A stretch of DNA of 64,000 nucleotides, taken from the NCBI RefSeq assembly GCF_006345805.1, contig NW_021832229.1:62001-126000 (forward strand). Direction: 5' to 3'. The notes under the pieces were generated by a model that was not told where the DNA came from, did not search any database, and saw only the letters and a list, made by a program, of their open reading frames with translations. Both the position numbers and the translations under genes were made by a program. This document shows, piece by piece, positions 60,335-64,000 of the stretch (its first letter is position 1; every line of letters begins with the position of its first letter). The stretch comes from Octopus sinensis. Its lineage: Eukaryota.

Positions 60335-62230
60335 TCATCATCATCATCATCATCATTTAACGTCCGCTTTCCATGCTAGCATGGGTTGGACGGTTCAACT
60401 GGGGTCTGAGGAGCCCGAAGGCTGCACCAGGTCAGTCAGATCTGGCAGTGTTTCTACAGCTGGATGCCCTCCCTAACGCCAACCACTCCGAGAGTGTAGT
60501 GGGTGATTTTATGTGCCACCAACACAGTGCCAGACGAGGCTGGCAGACGGCCACGCTCGGATGGTGTTTTTATGTGCCACCGACACAGGTGCCAGATGAG
60601 GCTGGCGAACGGCCACGATCGGATGGTGTTTGTTACGTGCCCACAGCACGGAGGCCAGTCGATGCTGTACTGGCTACGGCCACGTTCGGATGGTTTTCTT
60701 GTATGCCACCGGCACTGGTACCACAAAGATACAAATTCCATTGATGTTCATCTATTTTGATTTTGATTTTGATTTTGATTTTGATTTTGATTTTGATTTT
60801 GATTTTCACTTGCCTCAACAGGTCTTCACAAGATGTTCATCTATTTTGATTTGTTTTGATTTGATTTGATTTGATTTGATTTTGATTTTGATTTTCACTT
60901 GCCTCAACAGGTCTTCACAAGATGTTCATCTATTTTGATTTGTTTTGATTTGATTTGATTTGATTTTGATTTTGATTTTCACTTGCCTCAACAGGTCTTC
61001 ACGTGTCACAAAAGGAAGTTATGCACAGGTGGACTGACTACGTCCAGGTAGGGGTCACGGGTTATGGCCTGATTATTCTTGCCGGGTCTTCGGATGGCGT
61101 TTTTATGTGCCACCGACACAGGTGCCAGATGAGGCTGGCGAACGGCCACGATCGGATGGTGTTTGTTACGTGCCCACAGCACAGAGGCCAGTCGATGCGG
61201 TACTGGCTACGGCCACGTTCGGATGGTTTTCTTGTGTGCCACAAAGATACAAATTCCATTGATGTTCATCTATTTTGATTTGATTTGATTTTCACTTGCC
61301 TCAACAGGTCTTCACAAGAGTCACAAGAAGGAAGGTATGCACGTCCCAGGTAGGGTCCACGGGTTATGGCCTGACTAGTCTTGCCGGGTCTTCGGATGGT
61401 GTTTTTATGCGCCACCGACACAGGCGCCAGATGAGGCTGGCGAACGATCGGATGGTGTTTGTTACGTGCCCACAGCACGGAGGCCAGTCGATGCGGTACT
61501 GGCTACGGCCACGTTCGGATAGTTTGCTTGTGTGCCACCGGCACTGGTACCACAAAGATACAAATTCCATTGATGTTCATCTATTTTGATTTGTTTTGAT
61601 TTTGATTTTGATTTTCACTTGCCTCAACGGTCTTCACAAGTGTCACAAGAAGGAAGGTATGCACAGGTGGACTGACTACGTCCCTGGTAGGGCCCACGGG
61701 TTATGGCCTGACTCGTCTTGCCGGGTCTTCGGATGGTGTTTTTATGTGTCACCGACACAGGTGCCAGATGAGGCTGGCGAACAGCCACGATCGGATGGTG
61801 CTTGTTACGTGCCCACAGCACGGAGGCCAGTCGATGCGGTACTGGCTACGGCCACGTTCGGATGGTTTTCTTGTGTGCCACAAAGATACAAATTCCATTG
61901 ATGTTCATCTATTTTGATTTGATTTGATTTTCACTTGCCTCAACAGGTCTTCACAAGTGTCACAAGAAGGAAGGTATGCACGTCCCAGGTAGGGTCCACG
62001 GGTTATGGCCTGACTAGTCTTGCCGGGTCTTCGGATGGTGTTTTTATGCGCCACCGACACAGGTGCCAGATGAGGCTGGCGAACGATCGGATGGTGTTGT
62101 TACGTGCCCACAGCACGGAGGCCAGTCGATGCGGTACTGGCTACGGCCACGTTCGGATAGTTTGCTTGTGTGCCACCGGCACTGGTACCACAAAGATACA
62201 AATTCCATTGATGTTCATCTATTTTGATTT
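60335..62230 (-). repeat. RTE 3' tail plus tandem array of ~302/337-bp ORF-end/UTR units
   Basis: Junction gggtcttcggatgg at 61084, 61386, 61723 and 62025, with (gatttt)n tracts. Confidence 0.92.
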
Positions 62231-62259
62231 GTTTTATACATATATATATATATGTACAT

Positions 62260-62328
<69 letters not shown>

Positions 62329-62526
62329 TGTGTGTTGTTGTGTGTGTGTGTGTGTTGTCGTTCATAAAAAAAATGAAGGAAACCGAGAAATACTTTCCCC
62401 ACCCCGCTCATTATATATTAATATATAACTCCATCCTCTTCTAGTTTCTCATACATTAGTCATCCTCTCTGTTTCCATAGACACACGCACACAGCTATCA
62501 TTCAATGACCATCTCTAATTCTCTGT

Positions 62527-62810
62527 CCGTTTATCTGATTCCCCCTCTCTCTCTCTCTCTCTTCTCCCATTATATATTAACACTTCGCCTTTTGTCTCTT
62601 TGTCTCTCAACTCATACTTTCCCTCCCTACTAAAAACGTGTTGTTCTAATTCTCTCTTTCCCCCTCTCTCTGTCCGTCTCTTACTTTTTCTCCTTCTCAA
62701 TCTCGCCCCCCTCCTCATCTCATCTTTTATTCACTTCGCTTATCTTTCTTTCATTCTCTCTTGTTCTTTCAATATTTCTTTTCGTATTCCTTATTTCCTT
62801 CTTTCTGTCT
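62527..62810 (+). repeat. Pyrimidine-rich interspersed repeat (other copies 32420-32690, 63771-63908)
   Basis: cattatatattaacacttc(g/a)ccttttgtctctttgtctctcaactcatactttccc is shared by all three. Confidence 0.9.
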
Positions 62811-63262
62811 TTCTTTGTCCCCTTGTTTCTTTCTGTCTCTCCCTCTTTCTTTCTTTGTCTCTTTCTTTCTTTTTTCTTTCTTGCGAAATTCCTGTATGAT
62901 ACAGAAAACTCTCTCACACACACATACACGAGTACATGCACACACAAACACATACACACACACGGACACATATACAGGTACAAAACCGTACGCACACACA
63001 AACACATACACACACGCAAAGGAAACCACAAACACGCAAACACACTCAGACACACACACACCCACACACAGCCTCGCATCCATTAACTATCTCTGAAGAA
63101 TCTCAAAATATATTCCTTACTAATTTCCGTTTCAAGAGAAAGTAATCTAAAGGTAGATAATTACATTTTGAGAATTATCGACTGCAAAGGTTTGAGAAAT
63201 CTCTTTTGTGGGAATTGAAACCGGCATAGAATGTACGACAAATGCTGGCATACACTCATGTA

Positions 63263-63303
<41 letters not shown>

Positions 63304-63329
63304 GTGTGTGTGTGTTTGCATGTATATAT

Positions 63330-63515
63330 TCTTTTCTTGTTTTAGTCATTGACTGAGGCTATGCTGGAGCAACACCTTTAGTCGAAAAATCGCCCCAACG
63401 ACTTATTCTTTGCAAGCCTAATACTTATTCTATCGGTGTGTTTTGCTAAACCGCTAAGTTACGGGGACGTAAACACACCAACATTGGTTGTCATGCGATG
63501 GTGGGAAGAAAAACA
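63330..63515 (-). mobile_element. SINE 3' half
   Basis: Reverse complement of the tail at 1290-1480. Confidence 0.75.
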
Positions 63516-63566
63516 TAGACACACTAACATACACACACGCACACACACATATATGTATATATGTAT

Positions 63567-63989
63567 ATCACTGTGATCACCGTGACTGACCAGGCTATCA
63601 GATGTTGTTACACATCGCTGGTCACAATGCGCTTCGCATTATTTTAGCCTTCAAATGACGCCACCCCGCTGGCTAAGCGAGCAGGCCAACAGAAGAAAGA
63701 GTGAGAGAAAGTTGTGGCGAAAGAGTACAGCAGGGATCGCCACCACCCCCTGCCGGAGCCTCCTGGAGCTCCGTTTATCTGATTCCCCCTCTCTCTCTTC
63801 TCTTCTCCATTATATATTAACACTTCGCCTTTTGTCTCTTTGTCTCTCAACTCATACTTTCCCTCCCTACTAAAAACGTGTTGTTCTAATTCTCTCTTTC
63901 CCCCTCTCACAACGCCCGGTCTGGGAATCGAAACCGCGATCCTACGACCGCGAGTCCACTGCCCTAACCACTAGGCCATTGCGCCTCCA
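63567..63989 (-). mobile_element. tRNA-derived SINE interrupted by a 138-bp insertion
   Basis: Head tggaggcgcaatggcctagtgg (A box)...ggtttcgattcc (B box) at 63989-63909. The body resumes at 63770. Confidence 0.8.
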
Positions 63990-64000
63990 TATATATGTAT

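Noticed and set aside
63909-63989. tRNA gene
   Set aside because: A and B boxes are present, but there is no closed acceptor stem and it continues into a SINE body.

Overview
AT-rich, microsatellite-dense eukaryotic DNA made almost entirely of transposable elements and their remnants. The SINE families and repeat landscape suggest a coleoid cephalopod (Octopus-like); this is inference. No intact host gene is visible, only weak exon and promoter candidates. Contents: at least six RTE/Expander-like LINE copies with variable modular 3' UTR arrays; three CR1-clade LINEs, one nearly intact and nested in an RTE with an 8-bp TSD; an 11.5-kb pile-up of same-strand R4/Dong-type elements in (ATT)n; two Penelope-like (GIY-YIG) fragments; a mariner, a Buster-type hAT, MITEs and SINEs. 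Highlights: (1) a 3.5-kb Merlin transposon (8-bp TSD GCTATTTC) in foldback form, whose 1.1-1.3-kb inverted arms include the 3' end of its own transposase and a mirrored Helitron; (2) five hammerhead-ribozyme motifs from three families, including one in each arm of a near-perfect 475-bp palindrome and two carrying the compensatory U3-A8 core; (3) higher-order tandem arrays grown from RTE 3' UTR hairpin modules; (4) two apparent locally templated insertions. Part of 20.7-24.5 kb looks like noisy long-read consensus. All calls were made by eye without database searches.
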